From Octopus sinensis (taxonomy: Eukaryota): a stretch of DNA of 64,000 nt. The stretch spans positions 137,888,001-137,952,000 of the forward strand of contig NC_042998.1 in the NCBI RefSeq assembly GCF_006345805.1, read 5' to 3'. This document shows positions 39,018-52,661 of this stretch, piece by piece (the stretch's first letter is position 1; each line of letters starts with the position of its first letter). A program made the position numbers and the translations under genes. Under the pieces are notes generated by a model that was not told the origin of the DNA, did no database searches, and saw only the letters and a list, made by a program, of their open reading frames with translations.

Positions 39018-39592
39018 TCTCAACATGTGAATTAATAGCACTGCTAACACAGTAGGACATAGTATTTACTTATAAAGCATTTATATACTTTGTAGTATAT
39101 TATGGCTGCATAACTAAATATGGTGTCCTAAAAATGTAATTATAAAACAATTTTTCATTTATCATGTTTGATGGTATATAAAATTCACTTTTTATCACCC
39201 CCAAAATGTCTCAAAAAATTACTCCTAGTCTTATATGCAAAGTTGCACCTATATTATATACTTTAATGAACAAAAAACCTTTTCCCTGAATATATGCTGC
39301 TGAAATCGGGGTGTATTTAATATAATCATGTGTCTTTTACACCATCAAACAAGGCAAGTTTTAAATTGTAAAATACTGAAAAATAACAAACTACCTGTAA
39401 GTATTGAAATTTCATTGTTTTAAACCGAAAAATACTGAAGTGTCTAGGTATATTGAGTTCCTCTCGTTTGTTACCTTACAATTTATTTGTTTTGCGTCTG
39501 TGTGGGGCATAGTAATACCACTTACAGACTTATTTGACTTATATTTTATTTCTGACTAATTCTGTTAACTGTTTTCTTCTGATATTTCACAG

Positions 39593-39692
39593 CAACCACT
39601 TAATTCATTGCCATGAGAAGCAGCTAGCTACAATGACAATGCTATGTAAGCAAGAGATGAAGCTCTTATTACAAGTAAAAGCTGGTCAGAAG
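39593..39692 (+). CDS. KIF24: KIF24-like C-terminal helical/coiled-coil exon
   Basis: tttcacag|C AAC CAC...CAG AAG|gtgagt = (H)NHLIHCHEKQLATMTMLCKQEMKLLLQVKAGQK. Phase 2/0 fits the large exon, and the sequence resembles the HxxQLxxM..L..xE..L kinesin-13 C-terminal helix. Confidence 0.8.
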
Positions 39693-39702
39693 GTGAGTAT
39701 AA

Positions 39703-40255
39703 TCATTGTTATTTAATGTCCACTCTCCATGCTGGCATGGGTTAGACAGTTTGACTGGGGTTGATGAGGTGGAGAGCTGCACCACGTTCCAATCTGATTT
39801 GGCACGGTTTCTACAGCTGGATGCCATTCCTAATGCCAACCACTCCAGGAGTGTTATGAGTGCTTTTACATAGCACCAGCACAGGTGCCATTTCTATGAC
39901 ACTGGCAATGACCATAACTACAATTCATGTGTGGGTGCCATTTACATGGCACTGGCAGCGACCATGACAATTCATGGGTGCCAGGCAAATGGCACCAGCA
40001 ATGACCATGACTCCTGGGTGCCAATTTATATGACACTAGCATGGCCACAACTATGACTTCACTTGGCCTGACAAGTCTTCTCATGCACAGCATATTGCCA
40101 GGCTTCTCAGTTACTTGTCATCACTTCCATGAGGCTCAACATTCAAAGATCATGCTTCACCACCTTGTCTCATGTCTTCCTAGGTCTACCTCTTCCACAC
40201 GTTGCCTCCACAGTTAAGATCAACACTTGTTTTCACAGCTGTCCTCATCCATATG
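39703..40255 (-). mobile_element. RTE LINE 3' end starting just after the KIF24 exon donor
   Basis: Same 3' UTR; the minus strand shows the GRGRPRKT*DKVV-type C-terminus. Confidence 0.6.
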
Positions 40256-40339
40256 CATCTGCATGCACACACATATACACTGTATATATATATAATGCAC
40301 ATAGATACACACTAATTTATACATATAAAATATAAATGC

Positions 40340-41135
40340 AATAATAACTATATTAATGTATCATAATAATAATATATATACTCTCTGATTAAAGAAACAT
40401 TTATATGTAAACAAATTGACTGAAAAATGATGAGCTAATCCTAGCCAGAATCAAATCCACATATCAATGCTTACATGGCTACATGCACATCCGATTGGGC
40501 CAAATGCTCACCCATCAATTTCAGCCAAATTTTATGTATATATACTTAAACTGTCTTATACTATATATAATATTCATAAACTAACCAGAAGGCTTTCTAA
40601 GTTATGGAGAGAAAGAAACTCTAAGTCTATTAGTACAATAATAACTATAATAATATTTCAGGATAATATATATATTCTCTGATTTGAAGTGACATTTATA
40701 AATAAACAAATTGACTGAAAAATGATTAGCTAACCTTAGCCAGAATCGAACCCACATATCAACACTTACATGGCTACATGCATATCTGATTGGGCCAAAT
40801 GCTCACCCATCAATTTCTTGTTTGTTTATAAATATTATATGTAGTATTAGACAGTTTAAGTATATATACATAAAATTTGGCTGAAATTGATGGGTGATCA
40901 CATGGTGCAATTGGATGTGCATGTAGTCATGTAAGCATGGATATGTGGGTTTCATTCTGGCTCATCATTTTTTCAGTCAATTTGTTTATATGTAAATGTC
41001 ACTTTAACTCGGAGAATGTATATATTATTATTGTGATGTATTATTATAGTTATTATTGTACTAATAGACTTCCATAGTTGCTTTCTCTCCATAACTTACA
41101 AAGCCTTCTGCTTTGTTTATAAATATTATATGTAA
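40340..41135. repeat. ~295-bp unit: ~1.6 forward copies followed by ~1.1 inverted copies
   Basis: Units start at 40340 and 40637; the inverted array runs from about 40820 (tttgtttataaatatt recurs at 40821 and 41112). Confidence 0.75.
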
Positions 41136-42253
41136 AATATATATATATAATTACACCTGTTACACATTTGATGCAAAATGGCAGGAAAGGGCCGAATACC
41201 TAATTGGATATAAGTAAAATAGACCCTATCTCTGTGTTTATACTCTATATAGACCAAATATTCATACATTTGCTAGTCTACTCTGAGGAGATGAGAGTTG
41301 TAACATCTGGTCATGTTGATTGATTGATTGATTCTAGTTTCAGCTTATGAGCTGTGGATTTTTTAAATATGGTATACTTGTTTTCATTGTAAGCACTTTT
41401 TGATTGTTATTGTTTCATTCATTGTACTTTACATACATGTTACACTAATATCCAGTTCAATAATAGGATTTCAGTAAAAATCTATAATGTACTCCCCAGG
41501 GATGTTGGGTGAATTATATGATAAAATGAGAAGGTTGCAAAAAGTATAAGTCTGAGCTAGTAACAGAAGGAAAGGTAGTAACAGAGAGAGGGTGACTTAT
41601 ATCAGTGAAGGTGAGAACAGTGGTGAGAATGGGATGGTAACATTAATAAAGCTGTCATATACACATGATACTGCATATATACTTTCATAAGTACATAGAT
41701 ACAACACACACACACATACACACACACACAGAAAGCTGGGTGTGAGGGTTATGTAGCTTTAAGGAGATAGGTGGTAGGAGGCTTTTCTGCTGTTCATTGC
41801 AAAGAAACACACACATACACACACATATATATATACAAACATGCATACATACATGTCGACTATACACCATTTTAAACTCGTGATTACCTGTGTGTATGTT
41901 TGTAAATTTGTGTGTGTGTGTGCGACGTCCTATAACTGTCTGTCTCTCTACTTTTGCAGGGTCTTCCCTGTTGCTGTCACATATTGTGAGATTTTAAAAT
42001 TACGTCAAAATTTTCAAATTTGGTATATTGAAATAATTTTCCACATTAAATCTGATTTTGTTATTTATTTCTTCTTAACATCCAGTTGAATTATAGGTGA
42101 ATTGGATTTCAATTAAAATCTATAATGGGCCCCTGACGGAGGGTGAGCTGTAGCACATGTTTACTAATCAGCTATGATAAGCTACGACAAGTGATAACAC
42201 CAGCTACAATACGTGGAGTATTTGTCAATGTATTTGTAACTCTATTTATCTAA

Positions 42254-42808
42254 TTTATTTTACTCAGCTGCATATTTGTTTGTTAAAATGATATAGGGAC
42301 ATTCTTTATTCACCCACTAATCAAATTAATAGTTTGTAATACCTACTTTTAGCAATAAACTATTACCATAAACAATGGGTTGGACATAAAGAGGGGAACA
42401 GTCCTGGAAATAGAATAGGACATGGAACAGTGTAATGGTAAACGGGTACAGGGGATAACCCCTGCTTTCCTGGTACTTCCAGTCAGCTCATTTATTTTAC
42501 TCATATGCATATTCATTTGTTAAAATAATATAGGGACATTCCTTATTCACCCACTAATCGTATTAATAGTTTGTAGTAACTATTTTTAGCAATAAACTAT
42601 TACCATAAAGATTAATAAAATATTTAATGGCTTTATTACACCAAACTGATTCTAAAATTTATATATTGACATAATATTGGGGATAGGAATGGGAGCAGAA
42701 CTAAAATAGGAACTGAACAGGTAATGGGGTAGGACATAAAACAGTGTAATGGGAATAGGAACTGGAAATAACCCCTATTTTCTGGGTATTACTGGGTAAT
42801 TCAGCTAG
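42254..42808 (+). mobile_element. Tandemly duplicated (~237 bp period) decayed Helitron-like 3' ends
   Basis: Two diverged copies start at 42254 and 42491. The second ends in a degenerate hairpin + CAGCTAG|T, the first in CAGCTCA|T. Confidence 0.5.
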
Positions 42809-43022
42809 TGTGTATATATATATATATATAAATATATATATATACACTGGGCAGTTTAGCATAAAGGTAAAGCACTTGACACATAATCACAAGGATGCGA
42901 ATTTGAGTTTAATGGTTGGCTGCTGACAGATTTTTCTGCAATATATGGATAGTTTATCCTATTCATGCTATTATATGAACATTATCCTGCATTTGAGAAT
43001 AAATTATTTCCTTATGAAAGTG

Positions 43023-43061
<39 letters not shown>

Positions 43062-43078
43062 CCTTTTGTTTACGTTGC

Positions 43079-43129
<51 letters not shown>

Positions 43130-43909
43130 TTCTACTATATAAATGTAAGTATATATGGTTATGTATATGTGTTTAACCCTGAAAGGCTCTGAAATGGTGT
43201 GCCCTTGAGAAAAATGTATTTGATTTTTGAAATCTACATCCCAAAGAGAAGGTTGTCTTTAAATAACAATAAAAATATAATTTGCTACAAATTTAGATTA
43301 ATTAGGTGTGGTGCATGTAGACAGGGGAAGTAGTTTGTGTAGGAATTGGGAATAGAGAGGAACAGGAAGAAAGTACTTGTAGGGTATGGGTTGATAGAAT
43401 GGTATGGTGAAGAGATTTATTTTGGTTTGATACTGAAATTTTGTTGTTGATTAGGGTTCAGTCAGGAGTGTGTGTTCAAAGTTAATGGAGAAAATATGAA
43501 CACAGAAGACAAAGCGAAAATAAGGTATTATCATTAATTTAAAGCTCAATGAAATATTAATGAAGTGAAAGTATTAGTAGTATTTTGAGCTCAAAGTCTT
43601 CCTCTGAAAGTTAGAGTCTAAGACAGGTGAAAAAGTGTAAAGGAATGTGAAGTAAATGATAGTAATGAACAAAAACAAAACAAACAAACTGTGTTGTTCC
43701 ATGTCAATTCATGTTGAAAATAGTGGCGGTTGAATGACCAGGAGTAGCTAGGAAAGATTGAGGGTTTTTACACACAGAAGCAAGAAGGTCATACAAATAT
43801 AGTACAGTGTCCAAATTAATTATTTCTTGCAATGATGTAATGTTCTTTGATCAATCCTTGTCTATGTAATTATTACATTATGAACTTCAAATATATATAT
43901 CTATTTCAG

Positions 43910-44077
43910 AATTTCTCTGACTTCCTTCACAAAGTGAACCAGATCTTGACACAGAAATTGAAAGCAATCTCAACATTTCAGCAAGAAATATTTATTCGTG
44001 GTGGCAAGAACTTACTTTCTTCTGGCCAGAGTGACAGAACTTCTATTTGGGATGGTGCAAGTAATCAGAGTAATTAA
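43910..44077 (+). CDS. KIF24: KIF24-like terminal coding exon
   Basis: tatttcag|AAT TTC TCT GAC...AAT TAA = NFSDFLHKVNQILTQKLKAISTFQQEIF...SN*. Phase 0. Resembles the 'DFxxFxxxLxxIxxxKxxxIxxL' kinesin-13 tail. Confidence 0.8.
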   Translation, partial: NFSDFLHKVNQILTQKLKAISTFQQEIFIRGGKNLLSSGQSDRTSIWDGASNQSN

Positions 44078-44578
44078 CAGCTAAACAAGAACACTTCAAA
44101 GAACAATGATCCTAAAAGTCTTCTATAGAAGCTATTCATTAATTTCCTGGGTATCTACAGTCATCGAAAATTTGATTTGGAAACGTTACCCACGTCATCC
44201 AGATTATTACTTAAGTGTATTAAAATGTGTTTTAAAGCTATGAAGTTGTTTATAACATTCACTTTGCCAAGTAAAACGGTGAACTGGCAGAATCATTAGC
44301 ATATTAGATAAAATGCTTTGTGGCATTTCTTCCAGCTCTTTACTTTCTGAGTTTGACTCTGCCTTTCATCTGTTCGGTGGTGATAAAATAAATGCCAGTC
44401 AAGTGCTGAGGTTGATGTAATTGACTTGCTCCATTCCCTCAAAATTGCTGGCCTTGCACCAAAATTTGAAACTACTTTTTTTTACCAATTTATGATACTT
44501 ATAGAATTCATTTTGACAGGGACTTCAGGTTAACAGTTTGCATCAGGTTAAATAAGTTCCAGTGAAAACAAATTTTAT

Positions 44579-44584
44579 AATAAA
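44579..44584 (+). promoter_or_regulatory. Candidate polyadenylation signal for KIF24
   Basis: AATAAA about 500 nt after the stop, followed by a T/GT-rich tract and just before a mariner insertion. The hexamer is common in AT-rich DNA, so support is weak. Confidence 0.25.
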
Positions 44585-44692
44585 TTTGACTCTACTTTTT
44601 ATATTGAGTTTGTCTTCCCATTAGTAAATGTTCTGTTGTGATTCTTTAGCTTTCTTTAAAATAATGATGATGTTCATTTAATATTTATATTA

Positions 44693-45790
44693 TGAGGGTC
44701 AACTGAAAAAGTCATAGGCTGACTCTCATACAGTACTCTCATGGAATGTGACCAAATGAGGTTTATTTTTAACATTGTCTCCCTTGTGGTCAACACACTC
44801 CTTCCATCACTATTGCAATGCTTGGATCCCATTATTGAAAAATCTCTCATCTTGTTGGTCAAAAAGTCATCATCAACAGATGACATCATCACTGCAATAC
44901 TGGTTCCTGGTCAAGTGTTTTTTCATGTTGAGGTACAAATGATAGTTAGATGGAGCCAAATTAGGAGAATAGGGAGGGTGATCAACCAATTCAAAGCTAC
45001 GATCATGCACAGCAACCATTGAAACCAAGCTTGCATGCTAGGGTTTTGTCCTGATGAAGCAAGTTTTTCTGGGTGTTTGGTCTTGATAACCTTTTGTAGC
45101 TGCCTCAGCAAGATGGCATAGTACTCTCTGTTGATGATGTGACTCTTTTGAAGATAGTTGATAGACATAATGCCTTTTGCAGCCCAAAAAACTGAGGCCA
45201 TTACCTACCCTGCAGATGAAATGTCTTTGGCCTTCTTTGGAGCAGGTGAGTGAGGTTTTCCACTGCGTAGATTGTCTCTTTGTCTCTGGCTCAAAATGAC
45301 AAAGTCAACACTCATCCTGGGTCAGAAAACGTTCAAGGAAACCAGCTGGCTCTTCCTCAAACAATGTTAGATTCTTCCATGATGTGATCAATCTGGTTTG
45401 CTTTTGATCAGATGTTGGAAAACATGGCACCCACAGAACAGAAGCATTCATCATGCCAAGTTCATTGTGCAGAATATTTTCAACTTTTTCATGGAATATG
45501 CTAATAACATTGGCTGTTTGATTTATAGTCAATCGCCTGTCATTGTGAATGCAACAAATATTTTCCTTGCTGGTAGCAGTTGCAGGACGTCTAGACCTTG
45601 GGTCATCTTCAACACTTTTCCTTCCCCTCCTAAACTCAGTTATCCACTTTTTCACTGTCACTAAAGCTGGAGTGTCATCCCCTAATATAATAATCATGTC
45701 AGTGTGAATGTTGGTGAGGGATAATCTCTTTCTCTGCAGGTATTTGATAAGACTGTGATACCAAATTTTGTCCATTTTCAAGACAAGTAA
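44693..45790 (-). mobile_element. Decayed mariner (DD34D-type) transposon, 5' TIR apparently missing
   Basis: MDKIWYHSLIKYL..VKKW..EFRRGRKSVEDDPRSRRP; FLTQDEC; SSAG*VMASVFW; HPPYSPNLAPSNYHL across frameshifts. The left end TA|TGAGGGTC resembles a mariner TIR (CGAGGG with CpG decay). Confidence 0.85.
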
Positions 45791-48080
45791 TCAATGACAA
45801 AATAAAAGCTTCCAGAAACAACGGAAAGTGTTTTCATAAGTCACTGAAAATATGATATTCAAAATTTTATACAAACATGTTTACATACACACATATAGAT
45901 ATAACTACATACATATACATTCACACATAATTTGCATATATGTATACATTACATGTAAGTTAGTCATGTCTGTGTAGAGGACTATTCACCTTTTTGTGTA
46001 GTGATTGCACAAACGCTTGCTGTAAATACAAGCTGGTAAAAAAATTGTTTTTCTTGTTTACAAAGATCCACATGTTTAGAGAAGACCATATTAAAAAATG
46101 AAGTAGTAAAGTTAAACTGGTAAAAAAAACAATTGGTTTACTATTACATATTCATGGCAAGACAGGAAAACGTGATGTGCTATTACATATCAAAGAACTA
46201 TCAAGGTTGATTTCTGTGGAGTTTTGAATTTAATCAAGATCTGCAACAGTTTTACAAAAAAGGAAAAGGTAGATCTATCACTCAGTTACATGAAGAAGAA
46301 GAAGAGCTACTAGGATATATCTTAAAATACAGTTCAGTGTAAAGTAACTGTGCCAGTAAGATACATTCGTTGGCAATATATTGCACATCCTAAATTTACA
46401 TGCTTACACACACACACACACACACACACATTTATATATACATACAAACATACGTATTCACATATATTGAAAACGCGAAGGAAATTGGTTTAGTGGTTAG
46501 GGTATTTGGCTCACGATTGTAAGGTCGTGAGTTCAATTTCTGGCAACGCATTGTGTCCTTGAGCGAGACACTTTATTTCACGTTGCTCCAGTCCATTCTG
46601 CTGGCAAAAATGAGTAGTGCCCGTATTTCAAAGAGCCAGCATTGTCACACTGTGTCATGCTGAATATCCCTGAGGACTAGGTTAAGAATGTGGAGTGCTC
46701 AGCTACATTCATGTTAATTTCATGAGCAGGCCGTTCTGTTGATCGGATCAACTGGAACCCTCGTCGTCGTAACCGACAGAGTGCAGGTTATATACTGGAA
46801 ACACGGCATTGTTGTAATTTGATAATTTTTTTTACTGTTTCTCATATCTGCGTGTCAGATTCTTACAATTTGTTTGGAGTTATGCATTTTCTAAATTAAT
46901 CTTTATCAATGTTTCCAGGCTATGTCAGCCCCATTTTGGGATATTGAGTCGTGTTAGATTGTGTGCTCATCTTATTGTAGTCAGTACTTTGTATTTATAC
47001 AGATTTTCCTCCCAGACCTTTAGAGTGTAAGTGTTCTGCCTATGTCATCGGATTTGCAGTTGTGACGTATGTATGTTGTATATTAATTTTAGTCTACATT
47101 TAATGTACATCATACAATGGTCTTAAATTTGGTCACAGGGCGCCATACCTTAGACTAGTATCTTCACTCTTCATCCCCCCTCTCTCTCTCTATATATATA
47201 TAGAGAGAGAGAGTTGTAGTAACCGACTAAGGGATAAAATATCCGTATGTACTAACAGTATCTGTTACCTGTGTTATCCCCGGGCAAAGGTGTGCAGGGA
47301 CACCATATACGTCGAGTGCAGGTGACATTAGGATAAACAAAAATTTATCAGGAACCAATGCAAATAATTAGAAAATCAAGAAAAACATAGATTAACCAGT
47401 ACATCCATAGGACCACATTTAAAGCTTGTTTACTGATACAAAGCAAGACATAACAAAGCTAACAGCTGTTTCTGATCAAAATTCCCAGAATGCAGTCTAT
47501 ACAGAAATACGTGAATAAAATTCTTCATCTTCATAGGGCATTCAATTAAGGCAACCGATCTTTATCAGGTGGGCTGTTTTCATTCATAAGCTATAAGCGT
47601 GGTTCACCCCAAAACCGAAGAATCTGAAATAAAAAAGAAAAGACGTTACACAGTATAATCCTTTCTATTATAGGCACAAGGCCTGAAATTTAGGGGAAGG
47701 GGATATTCGATTACATCGACTCCAGTACTCAACTTATCGACCCCGAAAGGATGAAAGCTTAAGTCAACCTCGGCGCAATTTGAACTCAGAACGTAGCGAC
47801 GGGCGAAATACCTATTTCTTTACTACCCACAAGGGGCTAAACACAGAGAGGACAAACAAGGATAGACACACAGATCAAGTCGATTATATAGAACCCAGTG
47901 CGTAACTGGTTCTTATTTAATCGACCCCGAAAGGATGAAAGGCAAAGTCCACCTCGGCGGAATTTGAACTCAGAACGTAGCGGCAGACGAAATACCGCTG
48001 AATCCAGGAAGGTTTGACGAAATAACGAAGTCGACAACTAGATACTCATCGCTACTGCCGCCGCCGCCGCCGCCGCCACA

Positions 48081-48131
<51 letters not shown>

Positions 48132-49723
48132 TCAGCAACAACAGGAAATCTGATGTACTTACAGTGCAAATATATACTTTAAATAATAAATCGGTGTATG
48201 CAATGGAAGCAGTATTAAATTAAAATAGCCATCTTTGTAGCATACTTAACATGTATACATTGTTGACAGGCATAATGCTGTGGTTTTCGCCCGAGATAAA
48301 CTTCCTAATTGATGTGCTGTGTTAAAAATAATATATACATGGGGTGGGGGAGGGAGAGAGAACGCCACATGCATTTCTGGGGTCGTGTCAGTGATGTGTA
48401 CTCAGCCAAATACCCAAATGAAATTTGTCCCTTCTGCAGCCCGGTGGCCAGACGCAATATCGGTGAATGTATTATTCACTATTTGCTATATATACACCTG
48501 AAAACGCTGCACCCGGTTTGTGGACCGTAGAGGGCTGAGAATCTGAGAGAACCTTTCATGGCTCACTACTTGAGGAATGATCCTGGGTTTGCACCTAGAA
48601 AGTTACCCTCCGAGGCACAAGTCCGGGCAAGGTTATTTATGGAAGACAAGCGGTCACCCATGCATACCAGCCTTTCCTTTCCACGCCACCGATGTTATCC
48701 AAGGGAAAGGCAAAGGACGATACAGCTTGGCACCAGTGAATCATTTCTACAGCTGAGTGAACTGGAGCAAAATGAAATAAAGTGTCTTGCTCAAGAACAC
48801 AACACACAGCCCGGCCCGGGAATCGAACTCACTACCTCATTATTGGAAGCCCGACGCTTTAACCACTGAGCCATGCGTTCACTAGTTTATCCATAACATA
48901 ATGGTCATTTAGCTGAACTTTGTCTACGTGGTCGCTCCAAGTAGTAACGAAATTTCTCTTTAATCATACCATACCATCATAAAAAGGGAAGGTAACATTA
49001 CATATTGTACTCATAGATGATACTACAGTTGGGATAAAAAGACAACAAAACAACACAAAACATGACGCTCGTATCTGGAACAACTTTGATCATAGGTCTA
49101 CTGGGTCAACGCCAACCTGGGGCTAAAAAAGAAGCAGAAGAAAAGGAAGAGTAACAACAATTAAAACAAAACAATTCTTTCTATCGTTCTATAATTTTCT
49201 CACAAGGCCATCAGATTTGAGGGGAGGGGATTAGTTGACACCAGTGATTGAGTGGTACTTTAGTTTATCGAGCTCGAAAGGATGACAGGTAAAGTTGACC
49301 TCGGAGGGATTTGAACTCAGAAACTACAGAACCCGAAGAAACGCTATAAGGCATTTTGTCCGACGCTCTAGCGATTCTACCAGCATTTCAAAGGCTAGGC
49401 TATCTCATCAATGTCCTTTCTCTCTCACCTCCTCTCTCTGTTGCGGTATTCTTAATCGTTTAGAACCATGAAATACTCTCACCTTTTCATGTTACTGGCC
49501 GTACAAGTCTCTGTAATATCAGAGCAACGAATGAGTTGCACCGAACAACGGAACACTTTCATTAGCAAACAAATCTTTATTGCTGTTATTTCTTGTATAC
49601 TTTTAACTCGCTCTGACATTTCTAATAATTTTAAATAGTGTTATATAACTTGAGGAGGAAAAAGCTTTTTTAAGAGCGAAGTGTACGCAACTTCTATTTG
49701 CATATGGCATATGTTACTGTGTA

Positions 49724-49786
<63 letters not shown>

Positions 49787-49827
49787 AGAAAGAAAGAGAT
49801 AGAGAGAAAGAGAGACATTAATACATA

Positions 49828-49865
<38 letters not shown>

Positions 49866-50171
49866 CACATATTTACTTATATTATGCATTGATATAAACA
49901 CATATATGCATATACATGTATGCATATAGACACAAAGGTCTGTTTTTTTTGTGTCAAGTTATAAATTAAACCAATTTAACATTACGCTGAAGGATTACTC
50001 AGTACTTTTTAGTAGAGCACATATTTAGTAACTATTACAAGGAAAAGGTCGACAGTAACTTCGAACTCTGATGGATGCCTGGTAAAGGTGAGCAAGCCGA
50101 AACTTCGAAGTTACTGTTAAGCTTTTCCTTATAAAAGTTACTACACACAGACATACTACATACACAAGCTT

Positions 50172-50221
<50 letters not shown>

Positions 50222-50229
50222 ATACACAC

Positions 50230-50260
<31 letters not shown>

Positions 50261-51540
50261 TGTATGTATGTATGTATGTGCATATAAAAAAGACAGAGTC
50301 CAAACGGACTCAGTGATGGCCTGCGTCGACGAGACTTGTAAATTCTGCGAAAAGCGACAGAAAGCGTACAATGAAATTGCCGTTGGGAGTGGCGTATCTA
50401 ACATTTCGGACACAGACCTTCTTCAGAGTTAAGATGACAGAAAGGAAAAGAAAATAGTTGAGTTTTAAATCCCTTGTCTCGTTGACCCTGTCGGAACAAT
50501 CCCTACCTTGCCAGCATTGGAAACGTATAAAATGATATTGATGATGACGTCTCAATATGTATATGTGTATGTATGTATGCAATCACTCACACATACATGT
50601 ATATATATGTATGTTTGTCATTGTTCAGTTTTATTTCAAGATTTCATGCCAATAGAGAAAGAGCCGGTTTCTAACCTAGATCCAAGGCTCCTTATGTATG
50701 TATGTATGTATGTATGTATGTATGTATGTATGTATGTATGTATGTATGTATGTATGTATGTATATATGGAAAAAAAGTCAAGATAGAAAATGCTAAAATA
50801 ATTTTATAAAAAACATTTCAGTACCGGTTTCAGCCATTGAGACTTTTTCAACTTTAAGTATGGAAAACAATTAAATTTAGAAAAATTAAAAAAGTTTTTT
50901 TAAAAGAATATTTGTTTATACACACATATTTATATATATCGACAAACCTCGTGTAACAAGAAAAGAATTAGACCTTAGTAGCACTAGAAAGAAATACAGG
51001 ACTAAATTTGTTAAATGTCACAGATATGGAACACCGAGTTTCTGTGCAAAAATTTATCTAATATATAAGGCAAGAAAACAATGAAACAAACACACAGACA
51101 CATGCACACATATACAAACACGTGCACGTATATATGGTGGGCTACTTTCAGTTTTCGGCTACCAAATCTACTCGCATGGCTTTGATTGGCCCTGGGCTAT
51201 AGTAGAAGACACTGTCTGATGTATACAAGCATGGGAACGTGGATGCTTCCTATTTATGATATGGATGATGATATTTTCAACCTATACGTTTAGCATATAT
51301 GATTGTTCAAGTGATTAAATTCTGTGTATCTACATATGTTTACTCGATTACTGACATTTATCAATGACTTCTTCCATTGTGTTGATGCGCCATTTTCTAT
51401 CATTAATAAAACTGTCGGCATTTTTCGGCGACACGGGTATGCCAGTATATACATATTACTTTTTTACATTTTATTCGTTTCAGTCATTAGAGTACAGCCG
51501 TGTAATATAAGGGTTTCAGTTTGACGAATCGACTCCAGTA

Positions 51541-52050
51541 CCGTAAATCCTCGAGTATAATCCGCATTTCCCCCCCAAAAAATTTAAAGGTCAAAATCCC
51601 TAGTGCGTACTATATACGAGGTTAAAAACGAAAAATATTTTCTAAGCAATGTCCGAGTCTCTATTTGCTGTCCGGCAATGTTTATTCAGACGCATTTTGT
51701 GATGTCGGGCGCGAAAATACCTTAAGCTAAGCCTGAAAGCAATGAAGTCGTAAAAGAATCATCCATAACTTGCAGTAAGCAACATTTATTAAAATAAAAA
51801 TATTCAGAACAAAGAATAACATGTAACAAAAGCAATTTACAAACATATTTACATTCCCATATAACAGTTAAGAACATCACCATTATTGTATTACGCATGT
51901 GCGGAAGTGTTTGTTCGACGAGGTGTTGCTGGCTTAATTACGTACGAGAGAAGGGGTGCGTATTATACACAAGGTTTAGGTGTTTCTGAAGCACAGCCTC
52001 CTAAAAATCCCGCGCGTATTATACTCAAAGGCGGACTATACTCGAGGATG
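51541..52050. mobile_element. pogo/Tc2-like MITE inserted at TA inside a SINE
   Basis: Left TA|CCGTAAATCCTCGAGTATAATCCGC; right GCGGACTATACTCGAGGAT; subterminal GCGTA(T/C)TATAC repeats. SINE sequence resumes on both sides. Confidence 0.6.
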
Positions 52051-52599
52051 GCAATATTCTATAGGTAACTTAAACCGAACCGCTATGTTACAGCTTACAG
52101 GAACGTAAACAAATCAAGCAGTGGGGAAGGAAGGACACACATACACACATGTATGCACGCACACACTCTCACAGACACAGACACACACGTGCACATGACG
52201 GACAGGTCACACATAGCGTTTATGTAAGATTTCTTCCATATTTTTTGAGAGCCCTTTACATTTTTTTGGAACAGTAGCGTTCATATGTCGAAGCAGTAAA
52301 ATTATGCCAGTCACCAGGACGCAGAAATGCGCCAAAAGTTTTTGACATTTCAAAGAACCAATGAAAAATGATCATAACAGGTCTTGTGGCGATCTTTCGT
52401 TACAAGAACACACGACCTCTAGTTACAAACCACGTGTGTTTATTTACATTTGTGAAGATGATCGTTTATATATGGGGTTGGGAGGAAATGGGATCTTTTG
52501 AAGTTGGTGTGAATCGGAAGAATTGATGTACGTATGTGCATGCGTGTGTATGTGTGTGTGTGAGTGTGTGTGAGTGTGTGTGTGTGTGCGCGCGCGCGC

Positions 52600-52661
<62 letters not shown>

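Noticed and set aside
48050-48145. Poly-Ala/poly-Gln coding exon
   Set aside because: Stops follow shortly, it abuts a SINE, and there are no flanking splice sites or unique coding sequence.
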